64,000 bases of DNA from an uncultured Gammaproteobacteria bacterium (lineage in GTDB: Bacteria; Pseudomonadota; Gammaproteobacteria; CAWCPV01): contig CAWCPV010000003.1 of the NCBI GenBank assembly GCA_963797555.1, positions 544,001-608,000 on the forward strand. Reading direction: 5' to 3'. The notes below the pieces were generated by a model. That model searched no databases. It was not told the origin of the DNA and saw only the letters and a program-made list of their open reading frames with translations. Of this stretch, positions 1 to 10,639 are shown one piece after another (position 1 is the stretch's first letter; the number at the start of each line of letters is the position of its first letter). Both the position numbers and the translations under genes were made by a program.

Positions 1-242
1 GCAACGTCGCGCTGACGGCGCCGTACATGCACGACGGCTCGCTCGCGACCTTGCCCGAGGTCGTCGACTTCTACGACGCCGGCGGTGTGCCGAACGAGCT
101 GCTCGACCCGGCGATCCGGCCCCTCCACCTCACTGACACCGAGAAGCAGGACCTCGTCGCCTTCCTCCAATCGCTCACTGGCAGCAACGTCGGCGCCATC
201 GTCGCCGACGCCCTCGCCGCACCCGTCGGCGATCCAGGTTGA
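1..242 (+). CDS. Di-heme cytochrome c peroxidase (CcP/MauG family), C-terminal part
   Basis: [28 protein letters not shown]...LVAFLQSLT is the typical CcP C-terminal motif; truncated by the window edge. Confidence 0.85.
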   Translation, partial: NVALTAPYMHDGSLATLPEVVDFYDAGGVPNELLDPAIRPLHLTDTEKQDLVAFLQSLTGSNVGAIVADALAAPVGDPG

Positions 243-403
243 CCGGGTGGCTGACCTCGCGTCGTCACGGCGGCTCGCGGCCGTGCCAAGAACGACTGCA
301 TCTTGCGAGCCGAGAAGACAGAAGCCATCAAGGCATCGCCTCTCCCGGGTGTTTCTCGGAGTGGTCCTCCTGGCGACATCGCATCCGATCGTGACGAGTC
401 GGG

Positions 404-845
404 ACCGATGCGAATCCTGGCCTTCGTCACCGATACGGCCTCGGTCACCCGCATTCTCCGGCATCTCGGGGAACCGACCCAGCCGCCGCGCGTAGCCCCC
501 GCGCGAGGCCCGCCCGAATGGGCGGCACCCTTTGCTCAGAGCCCGGCATTCGACCCCTAAGCCGCGGAGCCGGCGCCGGCCTTCGAATTCGACCAGACCC
601 TGAGCTGGTAAAGCGCCGCAAGCGAGCCTGTCCCCAACGGGAACGGCAGCGTTCGCGCAGCTCGCCGGGAAACCCCCTACCGCAACCCCCAGCCACCCTC
701 CTTGGGTCGGCTCGGCCAGCCTCCGGAAGTCAAATCCGCCCCGCGGACCGGCCCCCCCTGCGCCAAACCTCCCCCGAACCTTGACCGCTGCCCGCCCCAG
801 GGCTATGCTCCCCCTACACCAGAGGCGGTTGAATTTCCTATCCTT
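404..845 (+). mobile_element. IS91/ISCR-like element 3' remnant (transposase C-terminus plus oriIS-like end), copy 1
   Basis: Near-identical direct repeat of 2739-3180; encodes MRILAFVTDTASVTRILRHLGEPTQPP with an internal stop; ends GCGGTTGAATTTCCTATCC. Confidence 0.8.
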
Positions 846-884
846 TTCCTATCCTTATTTCCTATCCTTCAGTGGAGGTGCCAG

Positions 885-1355
885 ATGACCGAGCTCCCAC
901 CGCCCCCAGAGGGAATTGTGCTGGCCCACTTCATCGTCTCGGAGGATGTCGAGCGCTCTCGGCGCTTCTACACCGAAGTACTCGGCGGCAGGGTGGTCTT
1001 CTCCGGCCCCGGAGGGCTAACCTATGTCGCACTATCCAACTGCTGGGTCATCATCAATGTCGGCGGAGGCCCGACCGACGACAAGCCGACGGTCACCCTG
1101 GAGGCGCCACGCGATCCCGACCGGGTCAGCAGCTTCCTCAATATCCGGGTCAAAGACATCGAGGCCGTGTACGCCGAATGGAGCGCCCGGGGTGCTCAGT
1201 TCCTGACGCCGCCGAAACAGCACCAGTACGAGAAGCGCTGCTACATCCGCGATCCCGACGGTCATCTGATCGAAGTGGGGCAAACCACGGACCCAGAGGG
1301 GGACTGGTCGCCCGCTCACTGGCCATCGACTACGCCCGGCCAGGAGTCCGGGTGA
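885..1355 (+). CDS. VOC/glyoxalase-bleomycin resistance family protein
   Basis: VSEDVERSRRFYTEVLG...YIRDPDGHLIEV; GGAGG RBS before ATG 885. Confidence 0.85.
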   Translation: MTELPPPPEGIVLAHFIVSEDVERSRRFYTEVLGGRVVFSGPGGLTYVALSNCWVIINVGGGPTDDKPTVTLEAPRDPDRVSSFLNIRVKDIEAVYAEWSARGAQFLTPPKQHQYEKRCYIRDPDGHLIEVGQTTDPEGDWSPAHWPSTTPGQESG

Positions 1356-1415
1356 ATGCCGAGGTCACCGGCGAAATCCCTCACATCGACGGTGGCCAGT
1401 CCCCCGGACACTCAA
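1305..1415 (+). pseudogene. Short-chain dehydrogenase C-terminal remnant
   Basis: Alternative frame reads RSLAIDYARPGVRVNA-EVTGEIPHIDGG, resembling an SDR C-terminus with an internal deletion. Confidence 0.5.
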
Positions 1416-1549
1416 ATCCCTGCCAGCCATCGGACGGCGGGGACGGTCATCCGCAGAGCACATCCCCGCCGTTCCCCCACTCTCAGCACGGCGCTGTCAG
1501 GCCGCTCGGGCCACGATGCTAGTAGCGTGACGCTGAGGAGGTTCCGGTC

Positions 1550-1908
1550 ATGACCACCGCGATCATCGGCACTGCAGGGATCGGATCGGTCATCGCCCGC
1601 CAGCTCGCCTCAGGCCGCGAAGCCCTGCGGCTCTCGAGCGCCGACCATGAGTCGGCACGAACGCTGGCTGCAGAGATCGGCCGGGCTGCCGACGCCGCTG
1701 CCGACAACCGCGACGCGTTGCAGGGCGCCGATGACGTCGTCCTCGCGCTTCGGTTTACCGCGCTGAAGGGCGTCATAACCGAGATCGCCGACTCGCTAAC
1801 CGGCAAGCTCGTGCTCGTTCCGAGCAACCCGCTCAGCACCGACGCACAAGGAAACGTCTCACGTCTCCTTCCGCAAGGCCAACCCTCCGGCGAGGTTGTA
1901 GCCGGGTG
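1550..1908 (+). pseudogene. F420-dependent NADP oxidoreductase family, truncated by ISCR transposase sequence
   Basis: Rossmann start TAIIGTAGIG, ADDVVLAL, LVPSNP; fused in frame to transposase sequence after GEVVAGW. Confidence 0.7.
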
Positions 1909-3180
1909 GCTGCTGCTGCATATTTTCCTGCGGGTGGTGGAGCAGACATTACGCCAGTCGAGTCCCGGGGCCGGTCCCCGGGCCCGTCTTGGGGCCGTCT
2001 CCTTCCTGCACCGGTTCGGCTCGGCGCTCAACCCTCACGTTCACTTTCATTGCGTGGTGATCGACGGGCTGTTCCAGCCCGACGCCGATGGGCGGGTCTG
2101 TTTTCACGAGGCGGTCGGACTCACCCAAAAGCATATCGCACAGGTCCAGGAGCAGGTGCGCCGTCGGGTGCTGCGAGTCTTTGTCCGCCGTGGTTTGCTC
2201 GAGCCCGAGGCGGCCCGCAACATGCGGGCGTGGGAAGGCAGCGGCGGCTTCTCGGTGGATGGGTCGATTCGGGTGGAGGCGCACGACCGGCTGGGACTGG
2301 AGCGGCTACTGCGCTACTGTGCGAGACCCCCTTTTGCCCTGGAGCGCCTGGCGCCCATCCCGGGGCGGGAAGAGGCATTCGTCTACCGCCTGCCCAAGGC
2401 CCTGCCCGATGGGAAAACGCAGCTCCGCCTCACGCCGCTCGAGCTCCTGGATCGGCTGGCGGTGCTCATCCCACCGCCGCGGGTCCACCGGCATCGCTTA
2501 TCACGGGGTGCTGGCGCCGAACGCCCCCTGGCGGGCGCAAGTGACCGCGATGGCGGCTGGCACTGCGGCGCAAGCGCCCTCTGAGGCGGCTCCGTGCCTG
2601 CCGCCAGGCAGCCCGGCGGCGAGCACGGAGGAGCGGGCCGCAGAGACGGTGCACCGATCGTACGCCTCCTCGCTGTGGGCGACGCTGCTGGCGAGGATCT
2701 ACGAGGTGTTTCCGCTGGCCTGTCCGCACTGTGGGGCGCCGATGCGGATCCTGGCCTTCGTCACCGATACGGCCTCGGTCACCCGCATTCTCCGGCACCT
2801 CGGGGAACCGACCCAGCCGCCGCGCGTAGCCCCCGCGCGAGGTCCGCCCGAATGGGCGGCACCCTTTGCTCAGAGCCCGGCATTCGACCCCTCAGCGGCG
2901 GAGCCGGCGCCGGCCTTCGAATTCGACCAGACCCTGAGCTGGTAAAGCCCCGCAACGGAGCCTGTCCCCAACGGGAACGGCAGCGTTCGCGCAGCTCGCC
3001 GGGAAACCCCCTACCGCAACCCCCAGCCACCCTCCTTGGGCCGGCTCGGCCAGCCTCCGGAAGTCAAATCCGCCCCGCGGACCGGCCCCCCCTCGCGCCG
3101 AACCTCCCCCGAACCTTGACCGCTGCCCGCCCCAGGACTACGCTTCCCCTACGCCAGATGCGGTTGAATTTCCTATCCTT
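1909..3180 (+). mobile_element. IS91/ISCR-family HUH transposase (5'-truncated, frameshift near 2500) plus oriIS-like end, copy 2
   Basis: HRFGSALNPHVHFHC (HUH), GGFSVDG, LERLLRYCARPP, YHGVLAPN, CPHCG; terminal GCGGTTGAATTTCCTATCC. Confidence 0.85.
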
Positions 3181-3358
3181 TCGTAACCTGGCCACGGAGC
3201 CAGAGAACGCTGGGGTGCCCCTCAACGTCGCCGCTCAGCTTCTCGGGCACAGCAAGGGCAACCTCAGCTTCGGGCTGTACTCGGGGGGCCTGGGGTTGGA
3301 CGTGCTGGCTGAGGCTGTGGGGAAGGTCAGCTATGGGACGGTGGACAGGCTGGTCTAG
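3181..3358 (+). pseudogene. Tyrosine recombinase (phage integrase) C-terminal remnant
   Basis: AGVPLNVAAQLLGHSKGNLSFGLYS resembles box II LGH and the catalytic Tyr; begins directly at the ISCR end. Confidence 0.65.
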
Positions 3359-3482
3359 GCCGCGGAGCACCAAACCGGGGCTGGTACCCTACCGGCTCCC
3401 TCACGTTCTATGTTGACCGCTCCGGGTCCCACCACTAGACTCCGACAAGGGGCAGAACCGCGGAAACGATGGGACGTAGGCT

Positions 3483-4202
3483 ATGGAAGAGTCGGAACCT
3501 GCGACTGAACGTCAATTGGCCTACGCCAAACGCCTTGGAATTAGCGTTCCGCCCGACGCCACCAAGCAACGTCTCACCTACCTGATTTCCGCAAAAACCG
3601 AAACTCCGGCAACACGCACCCAGAAGGAATGTGCTCAAAGGCTTGGCGCAACTTTGGAGGATGGTATCTTTCCTTCTCAGACCTACGCGGCAAACGCCAT
3701 CGCGAATTATTTATTGTTTGTGGAGAAGGACCAGAAGAAGTACAACGTAGAGCTTGTGAAATATTACCTGTACAGCGTGCTGAGATATCGCAAAGGTGAA
3801 TCTTGGGAGGACCCCGAGCGAAGCGGGATACCCCACGACCAGATGGAAAACCTGACCGAGGAGTTCATGTCCGACCTGAAAGGCTTCGGGGCGGTGAAGG
3901 CGCAGGTTCGGGAAAAGGACCGTTTTGACCTTCTGCGGTTCGGCCCATCAGCCGACGCCGAGCACTACTCAGTGCGTTCGCAAGCATTCCAGAAAGCCGC
4001 TCAGTATCTTGAGAGGAAGCTTGGGCTACCTAGCCGGCGTGGGGGCGTTAAGGATAGGGCTGCCTATAACAGGCTGCACCGACGAACAATCGACCTCACC
4101 GCACTGCCACGAGAGAAGCTAAGGGGTGGGGCGGGGGCCGCCGGGGGCTGGGTGGTCCTGATTGTCGTGCTCCTGCTTCTCGGGTTCTGTGTCCACGGGT
4201 AG
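3483..4202 (+). CDS. Hypothetical protein with C-terminal membrane anchor
   Basis: 239-aa ORF of lower GC; N-terminal PATERQLAYAKRLGI motif, partly repeated; hydrophobic C-terminus. Confidence 0.6.
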   Translation: MEESEPATERQLAYAKRLGISVPPDATKQRLTYLISAKTETPATRTQKECAQRLGATLEDGIFPSQTYAANAIANYLLFVEKDQKKYNVELVKYYLYSVLRYRKGESWEDPERSGIPHDQMENLTEEFMSDLKGFGAVKAQVREKDRFDLLRFGPSADAEHYSVRSQAFQKAAQYLERKLGLPSRRGGVKDRAAYNRLHRRTIDLTALPREKLRGGAGAAGGWVVLIVVLLLLGFCVHG

Positions 4203-4228
4203 AGGGCAGCAGCGAAGGACATCCTTGG

Positions 4229-4750
4229 CTACCCGATTAGAGCGTCTGCGGCATGCCACTCCTCCAAGAGTTGTTGGGCCATTTGGTCGATATGCTGTGC
4301 AGATATGGCATGCCGTCGGACGAAGCGCTCTGCTAGGGCGCTGATTTCCTTAATCAGGACCACAGCTTCGTCTGCGATGGCGTTGAGGCGGCTTACAAGC
4401 ACGAGCAGTGCGGGGTCATTATGAACCGCGCTACGACTGTCAGCGCGAGAGCGATGAACCAACCAGTTTCGCTCACCGAGTAGAGCTGTGAAGCGAGCTC
4501 CAATCTCTGAGCTGAGCAATCCTGCGTTAGTGAGTTGCCGGATGGTCAAACCGAAGGTCCTGGCTTGCGCTTTCTCGACCAGAGCATTTCCCTCGGGAAG
4601 TCCCATGCCTTTGCGTGCCTGTACGAGCAGGACAAAGCACCGAGCCGAGACACCCTCCAACTCTTGGACCTGCCACAGAGCAAAACCAATTCTCTGCGTA
4701 ATTACAGAAAGCCGGTCCGCCATTTCCAATCTCCGGGCAACGGAAGTCAT
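4229..4750 (-). CDS. Hypothetical protein, gene-cassette-like
   Basis: 173-aa ORF of lower GC; contains ERNWLVH (HEPN-like RxxxxH); 3' end abuts a group II intron end-like sequence. Confidence 0.6.
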   Translation of the reverse strand: MTSVARRLEMADRLSVITQRIGFALWQVQELEGVSARCFVLLVQARKGMGLPEGNALVEKAQARTFGLTIRQLTNAGLLSSEIGARFTALLGERNWLVHRSRADSRSAVHNDPALLVLVSRLNAIADEAVVLIKEISALAERFVRRHAISAQHIDQMAQQLLEEWHAADALIG

Positions 4751-4975
4751 GGGCTGGGACCCGTCAGGTGGATATCCACCGCATGAACCGCTCCCCCAGT
4801 CTTGTCGTGGTGTGACTTTGCGCTATAGCAGACGTGGCGTGCAGCGGTCAAGGCTGCCTCTCGCCGACTGTTCGGGGCGGCCCGACCCCAGCGACGTTGA
4901 ACCCGCCCAGTCCAGCTACTAGACTGCGAGAAGAGGCTGATGGGAGCCAAGAGCTATGAGAACAAAGCGGAGTCA

Positions 4976-5022
4976 CGGGGTCAGGTCTCGCGTTGGGGGT
5001 CAGGTAATGGGGTCAGACTCTA
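4976..5022 (+). repeat. Three GGGGTCAG motifs (RAYT-associated REP-like)
   Basis: ggggtcaggtct, gggggtcaggt and ggggtcagactc within 50 bp. Confidence 0.5.
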
Positions 5023-5118
5023 TTTTCTCAAGTGGGGGTTCTGTGGGAAGGCTTCTCCGGCCTGAAAGGTCGCCGGGGGTCCTTATTGCTGCCTCCATCC
5101 GCGTGGACGCCGATGACC

Positions 5119-5178
5119 GTGTCAAATCCGCCCTGCGGACCTTTCCCTACGCCGGTGCGGTTAAATTTCCTATCCTTC
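5119..5178 (+). mobile_element. Miniature, internally deleted ISCR-like end, copy 3
   Basis: gtcaaatccgccctgcggacc joined to ccctacgccggtgcggttaaatttcctatcctt, matching both parts of 3063-3180. Confidence 0.7.
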
Positions 5179-5306
5179 GCCGGGCCGGACCTCAGCTATC
5201 TCCGCAAGCGGCTGCGGGAGCTGGAGTGGAGCTATTGCAACGACTGCAAGCCGGCCCCCCTGAGCTGGCGTCGGCCGGGAACCGGTACGGCCACGAGAGC
5301 GGCCCA

Positions 5307-6149
5307 TCATGTCGACGCCTGACGCATGCGCAGCCTGCGCGCCAGGTTGACACCCCCAGTCGATGCCAGGTAGGAGACCGCCGCCACGAGTATCACCGTC
5401 GGCCCCGAAGGCAGATCCGGCTGGTAGGACAGGGCCAGCCCGCCGCTGGTGAACAGCATCGACAACACCGTCGCGAGCACCATCATGGCCCCGAGCGAGC
5501 GCACGTGCTGCTCGGCGATCGCGGCCGGGAGGGTGAGGAGCGCGATCACCAGGATGAGCCCGACCACCTGGATGAGGATCACGACCGTCAGCGCCACCAT
5601 CGACAACAGCAGCAGGTAGAAAAAATCGGCGTGCACCCCGCGCAGGCGGGCGAACTCCGCGTCGAAGGCCACGGCCAGGAGTTGCTTGTAGCTGAGCACG
5701 ACTACGGCGACGATCACGGCATCCAGTCCCAGCATCAGCTCCAGGTCCCCGCGCGAGACGATGAGGATGTTGCCGAACAGGTAGCTCATCAGGTCGACGT
5801 TGTAGCCCGGGGTCTTGGAGATGAACAACACGCCCACCGCCATCCCGGTGGCCCAGAACGCCCCGATGATAGTGTCCTCGCGCTCGCGGAGCCGCAGGTT
5901 GATCCAGCCGATGGCGAGAGCCGACGCCAGCGCCGTCACCAGTGCCCCGAGGACCGGGCTCCTGCCCAGGAAGTAGGCGATGCCCATCCCGCCCAGCACC
6001 GCGTGGGCGATGCCGCCGGCCAGGTAGCCGATGCGCCGCACCACCACGTAGGTCCCGATGATCCCGCAGCTCACGCTCGCCAGCAGTCCCCCGAGCAGAG
6101 CGTTCTGCATGAAGGTTTGGGTGGTCAGAACATCGATGAAGCCTGCCAT
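5307..6149 (-). CDS. znuB: Zn/Mn ABC transporter permease
   Basis: ABC-3 motifs GGIAHAVLGG, DLMSYLFGNIL, VVGLILVIALLTLPA. Confidence 0.9.
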   Translation of the reverse strand: MAGFIDVLTTQTFMQNALLGGLLASVSCGIIGTYVVVRRIGYLAGGIAHAVLGGMGIAYFLGRSPVLGALVTALASALAIGWINLRLREREDTIIGAFWATGMAVGVLFISKTPGYNVDLMSYLFGNILIVSRGDLELMLGLDAVIVAVVVLSYKQLLAVAFDAEFARLRGVHADFFYLLLLSMVALTVVILIQVVGLILVIALLTLPAAIAEQHVRSLGAMMVLATVLSMLFTSGGLALSYQPDLPSGPTVILVAAVSYLASTGGVNLARRLRMRQAST

Positions 6150-6897
6150 CTACGACCGGTCTCCCAGAGGCGCCGCCCCGTGGTGGATGAGCTGCATGGG
6201 CGCCCCGTAGAGTGCCTCGATCACCTCCCCCGCCACGGCCGACGTTGGATGACAGATGAGTGTCCGGTTCAGGCAGGCGACCTTGGAAACATACTGTGAA
6301 ATGAAGCCGACATCGTGGGAAACCACGACGATCGTCATGCGCCGGTTTAGCTGCTTGAACAGCTCGAACACGTCCACCTCCACCCTGAGATCGATGTTCG
6401 CCGTCGGCTCGTCCAGCATCAGGATCTCCGGCTCGGCCGCGAGGGCTCGCGCGATCAGCGCCCGCTGCAACTGACCGCCCGAGAGACTCGCGATGGGCCG
6501 GTCGGCCAGGTCGAGGATACGCGTCTGCGTCATCGCCTCGTATGCCACGGCCCGGTCGATGCCGCGGTAGCCGCCGAGCCAGCGCGTCTTGCCCAGCCGG
6601 CCAAGCAGCACCGTGTCCCGCACGGTAATGGGGAAATCGCGCACCAGCGTGGCGAACTGAGGAACGTAGCCGATGGCTTCCCGTGCGCGGGCGGGGGGTC
6701 CTCCCAGCACCGAGATGCGGCCCGAAGCCGGCTCCAGCAGCCCCAATATCAGCTTCAGCAGCGTCGTCTTACCGCCGCCGTTCGGCCCCACGATGCCCAG
6801 GAACTCCCCTTTCTCCACGGTGAACTCGACGTGCTCCAGCACTGCCGCATTGCTGTAGCTGAACGAGAACGTCCTGGACAGCGATGGCGGGAGTCAT
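6150..6897 (-). CDS. znuC: Zn/Mn ABC transporter ATPase (frameshift near 6866)
   Basis: GPNGGGKT, LSGGQLQR, LDEPT; the N-terminus MTPAIAVQDV lies in another frame. Confidence 0.85.
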
Positions 6898-7849
6898 GGT
6901 GCGCTCAGCGCCGCTGCGATACGCCCCGCCACCAGGCGCATATTGGTGAGATAGTCCTCCGCCAGGGGGTCCAGGGGGACTACCTTCGCGCCGACGGCCT
7001 GCGCGACAATCTGCGCGCTCCGGAGGCTGAACTGCTGCTGGACGAATATCGTCCCGATGTGCTGGGCCTTGGCCAGCTCGATGAGCGAGGCGAGAGATAT
7101 CGGGGCCCGGCTCCTTGCCTTCCGACTCGATGGCGATCTCCCGCAAGCCATAGGTCTGCGCGAAGTAGCCCCAGGAGGGGTGGAACACCATGAACGCTCG
7201 GCCGCGGTACGGCGCCAGCGTCTCACGGATAGTTGCGGTCCAGCGCGTCCAAGTCGCGCGCAAAGGCGGCCTCGTTGGCCGCATACTCGGCAGCATGGGC
7301 GGGATCCAGCTCGACAAGCGTCTTGCGGATCCGCTGCGCCATGGCCTTGACCAGAAGCGGACTGGTCCAGGTGTGCGGGTCCTTGTCGGAATGGCCGTGC
7401 GCATCTCCCCTTCCCTGCTGCCGGGGCGGCACAGGTGAGGCGGTATTGACGTCCCCGCTGGAACGCCCCGCCGGCTCCTCATGGGGCTGTCCGGCTCTCG
7501 GGGTCAAGGAGGGCAATCCGGCACTCAGGTCCACGACCTGCAGATTCGGGTTGGCACGCTCGATGCGCGGCAGCCACGCCTCCTCGAAGGGCAGGCCGAT
7601 GCGGAAATAGGCGGCGGCGCGGGCGAGCAGCGTCACCTGCCGGGGCGTCGGCTCGTAGGTGTGGGGGTCCCGTCCGGGGCCTACCAGCACCGTGACCTCC
7701 ACGTATTTTCCGCCCACCCGCTCCACGAAGTACTTCTCCGGCAGGATGCTGACCACCACGCCGACGGGGCCGGCCGATAACGCGGCCGTAGGACTGACCA
7801 GACAAAGCACGAGAAACAGGCGACACCACGAGCGGGCCGGCCAGCCCAT
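6894..7849 (-). CDS. znuA: Zn/Mn ABC transporter substrate-binding protein (frameshifted near 7226 and 7100)
   Basis: DPHTYEPTP, His-rich loop, DPHTWTSP, FHPSWGYF, LDPLA spread over three frames. Confidence 0.85.
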
Positions 7850-8180
7850 CGCGAATCCTCCGCTTACGTCGGCGAGTGCAGGGCGCTGAGAACGGTGTCC
7901 TCGCGGCGGGCGTCGCCGCGTCCCCCCCATGCGCGGGCGCACCGCGCTCGCGATGCGCACAAGCATGCGTGAATCCGCGCGCGGAGTCCAGCTTCCGGGT
8001 GCCCTGACGCCAGAGGCCAGCGGCACTCCGCTTCGGCTGTCGGCCCCGCTTACCGAGCGGAATACGCGAGGCACCGACGGCGGCGGGGGCTACGCCTGCT
8101 CGGTGCTGTTCCTCTATGCCGCGATGGATGTGCTCCTTCAGCCGTTCGGGCGACGATTTCCCTCACAAGCTCTGAGCGTT

Positions 8181-9164
8181 TCACGGTTTGGAGGAAAGGA
8201 TCTGGACCACCGCCTTCGCCCGGCCCTCTGCGGTATAGAGCCCCCAGTGGGCCTCTTCCTCCGCCAGGCGGCCGAATTCTCCGACGCCTGCGGCGGGTTT
8301 CCACGGTCCGTCGAAGGCCTCGAACCAGGCGAAGGCGCGGCCGGTCTCAGGCGGCAGGCGCTCCAGGAGCAGCCGCCAGAACTTCGCCTGCAGCCCCTCC
8401 GTATAACCTTTGCTCGCCGGGCCACTGGGCATTCCGGTTTCTTTCACCAGGACAGGCTTGCCGTATCGGTCCCTCAGCCTCTTCACCACGTTCTGCACCA
8501 GCTCGACGCCCTGGGAGTATCGTTCTGGCCGAAACCAGGTCTCGAACACCGGGTGCACGTTCGGAAGCAAGAAGTCCTGCAGCTCGACAAAGTGCGGGTA
8601 CGTTTCATCGAGGTAGGCGGCAAAGGGCTCGGAGGTGGTCACTGCGGTGCCCGGCAGCGCCGCGCGGGTCCGGCGGAGCGCCTCCTCCAACATCGGCCAG
8701 TGATAACGCTTCCAGTACAGGCCCTCGTTGCCGACGGCAACGGCCACCACCAGGCCCCGGTACTCACGGGCCAGGCGCACCGCCGTCGCCAGCTCCTCGG
8801 CGTTCGCAGGGTCCCACACCCCCAGGATCACCGCCCGGAATCCTAGCTTTCGAGCGATCTCGGGCACCCGCTCCAGACCGTAAGTGACCGAGTAGGTGAT
8901 GACGCCGTCGAAGTGCTCGCGCAGCAACGTGAGGTCCCGCCGGACACCGGCTTCCGTGGCCGCGCGGGGCTGCCCGCCGACGACCGCGAACTCCCGCGGC
9001 GTGTAGGCCACAAAGCGGACCTCGCCCAGTAAGGCGGCGATAGGGTCTTGCGTCCCCGCGGGGAGATGCGCGCCGTCCGCATGCGGAGCACGGACCCAGA
9101 GGACGGCCAGCGATATCGCGGCCAAGAGCGCCAGGGCACGCTGGCACCGCGAGGAGCGAGTCAT
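8181..9164 (-). CDS. Glycoside hydrolase family 17 (beta-1,3-glucanase-like), secreted
   Basis: AVGNE, TTSE, KETGMPSG, FEAFDGPWK, EAHWGLY; signal peptide. Confidence 0.8.
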   Translation of the reverse strand: MTRSSRCQRALALLAAISLAVLWVRAPHADGAHLPAGTQDPIAALLGEVRFVAYTPREFAVVGGQPRAATEAGVRRDLTLLREHFDGVITYSVTYGLERVPEIARKLGFRAVILGVWDPANAEELATAVRLAREYRGLVVAVAVGNEGLYWKRYHWPMLEEALRRTRAALPGTAVTTSEPFAAYLDETYPHFVELQDFLLPNVHPVFETWFRPERYSQGVELVQNVVKRLRDRYGKPVLVKETGMPSGPASKGYTEGLQAKFWRLLLERLPPETGRAFAWFEAFDGPWKPAAGVGEFGRLAEEEAHWGLYTAEGRAKAVVQILSSKP

Positions 9165-9395
9165 CCCCTCACCTTTCGGCAGCTCTCCGTGGGCTTCGTT
9201 CCGCCCGTGCGCGAAGACCGGCTAGACGAGCCGAACCGCCGCCCACCCTCCGGCACCCGCGGAAGATGGCGAGCTTTTGCGCGCCACGGCCAGCCGCGGC
9301 GTATGTCACGATCCGGAACGTGGGCCGTCGCCGTGTGGGCACCTGCGGCTGAGCGGGGAGACGGAGCCTCTCGGTCGCGACCCGCCGCAACGCGC

Positions 9396-10412
9396 TCAGT
9401 GTCCGGTTGAAAGAACGACTCGAAACCGTGCCTTGCCGCTCATCATGCGCTCGTAGGCCTCGGTGACACGATCCAGCGGGAAGACTTCATTCATGGACCG
9501 CACGCCAGCGAGCACGCTGAACGAGAGCGCATCCTCCGAATCGATCGAGGTACCGGAGTACCAGCCCACGATCGATCGGCGTCCCGAGATCAGCAACATT
9601 GGAGACACTTCGAGCGCCTCGGCAGCGCCAAGAACCATCAGTGTCCCATTCACCCCCAGACCGCCCACGGCTGCGCTCATGGCTTTGCCGTTCGTCACTG
9701 TTGCGAGGATGACCCGGGCGCCGCCCAACTTGACCAGCTCGGCCGCCGGATCCTGCGCCTGACTGTCGATGTAACGCCACGCGCTCAGCGACCTGGCGAG
9801 CGCTTCCTTCTCCTTCCCGCGTGCGATGGCAACGGTCTTGAAGCCCATCTTCGCGGCGAACTGGATGCCGAGATGGCCGAGTCCACCCATCCCGAGTACG
9901 GCGACAACGTCGCCGGGCCGGGCGCCGCTGTTTCGCAGAGCGTTGAAAGTGGTGATCCCGGCGCACATCAGTGGCGCCGCCTCTACGGCCAACAGCTCTT
10001 CGGGAAGCAGCGCAAGCGCGCGGACCGGAGCGACCATGAAGTCGGCGTACCCGCCGTCGCGAGTGACGCCGGTTACCTGGGCGTACTGGCAGGCAAAGAA
10101 GTCACCCCGACGGCATGCATCGCAGTCCCCGCAGTGACCACCGTGCCAGCCCACGCCGACCCGCTGGCCGGGCGTCCAGCCAGCGACGCCGCTACCGATG
10201 GCATCGATGAGCCCGACGACCTCGTGTCCTGGAACTCGCGGGTACTGGATGCCCGGAAAGGTTCCCTCCTTCACCAACGAGTCGCTGTGGCAAATGCCGC
10301 AGGCCTCGACCTTGATTCGCACCGATCCGGCACCGGGCGCGGGGATTTCCCGTTCAACGAACTCAAAGGGTCCATTCGGCTGAGACACCTGGACGACACG
10401 CATCCTCGCCAT
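9396..10412 (-). CDS. Zinc-dependent alcohol dehydrogenase
   Basis: CGICHSD, GHE, structural Zn CxxCxxC, GMGGLG. Confidence 0.95.
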   Translation of the reverse strand: MARMRVVQVSQPNGPFEFVEREIPAPGAGSVRIKVEACGICHSDSLVKEGTFPGIQYPRVPGHEVVGLIDAIGSGVAGWTPGQRVGVGWHGGHCGDCDACRRGDFFACQYAQVTGVTRDGGYADFMVAPVRALALLPEELLAVEAAPLMCAGITTFNALRNSGARPGDVVAVLGMGGLGHLGIQFAAKMGFKTVAIARGKEKEALARSLSAWRYIDSQAQDPAAELVKLGGARVILATVTNGKAMSAAVGGLGVNGTLMVLGAAEALEVSPMLLISGRRSIVGWYSGTSIDSEDALSFSVLAGVRSMNEVFPLDRVTEAYERMMSGKARFRVVLSTGH

Positions 10413-10639
10413 AGTTCCTCCAATTGTTCTGCCTCGGGCGTTGCGCGGCCGCGGAGCGATTCACTTCGATAACAAGTATGACATGCGGCACACTCCGCGC
10501 GCCGCGGGCTGACGATTCTGCACCGGCCGCGAACGCTACCCCGATCGCACACGCGAGCGGCCGATCCTCGCAGTCGGGCGCAGCCTCCTTCATCTGTCAC
10601 AACCGGCGGGATCGTGCGCCGTGCGACCGGTCCCCGGCA

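Noticed and set aside
1550-2584. Apparent oxidoreductase-transposase fusion protein
   Set aside because: Both halves are truncated; it is a junction product rather than an evolved fusion
3361-3436. tRNA/tmRNA 3'-end-like strings (ggagcacca, gggtcccacca) after the integrase remnant as a possible att site
   Set aside because: No T-loop GTTCGA and no second copy; too short to support
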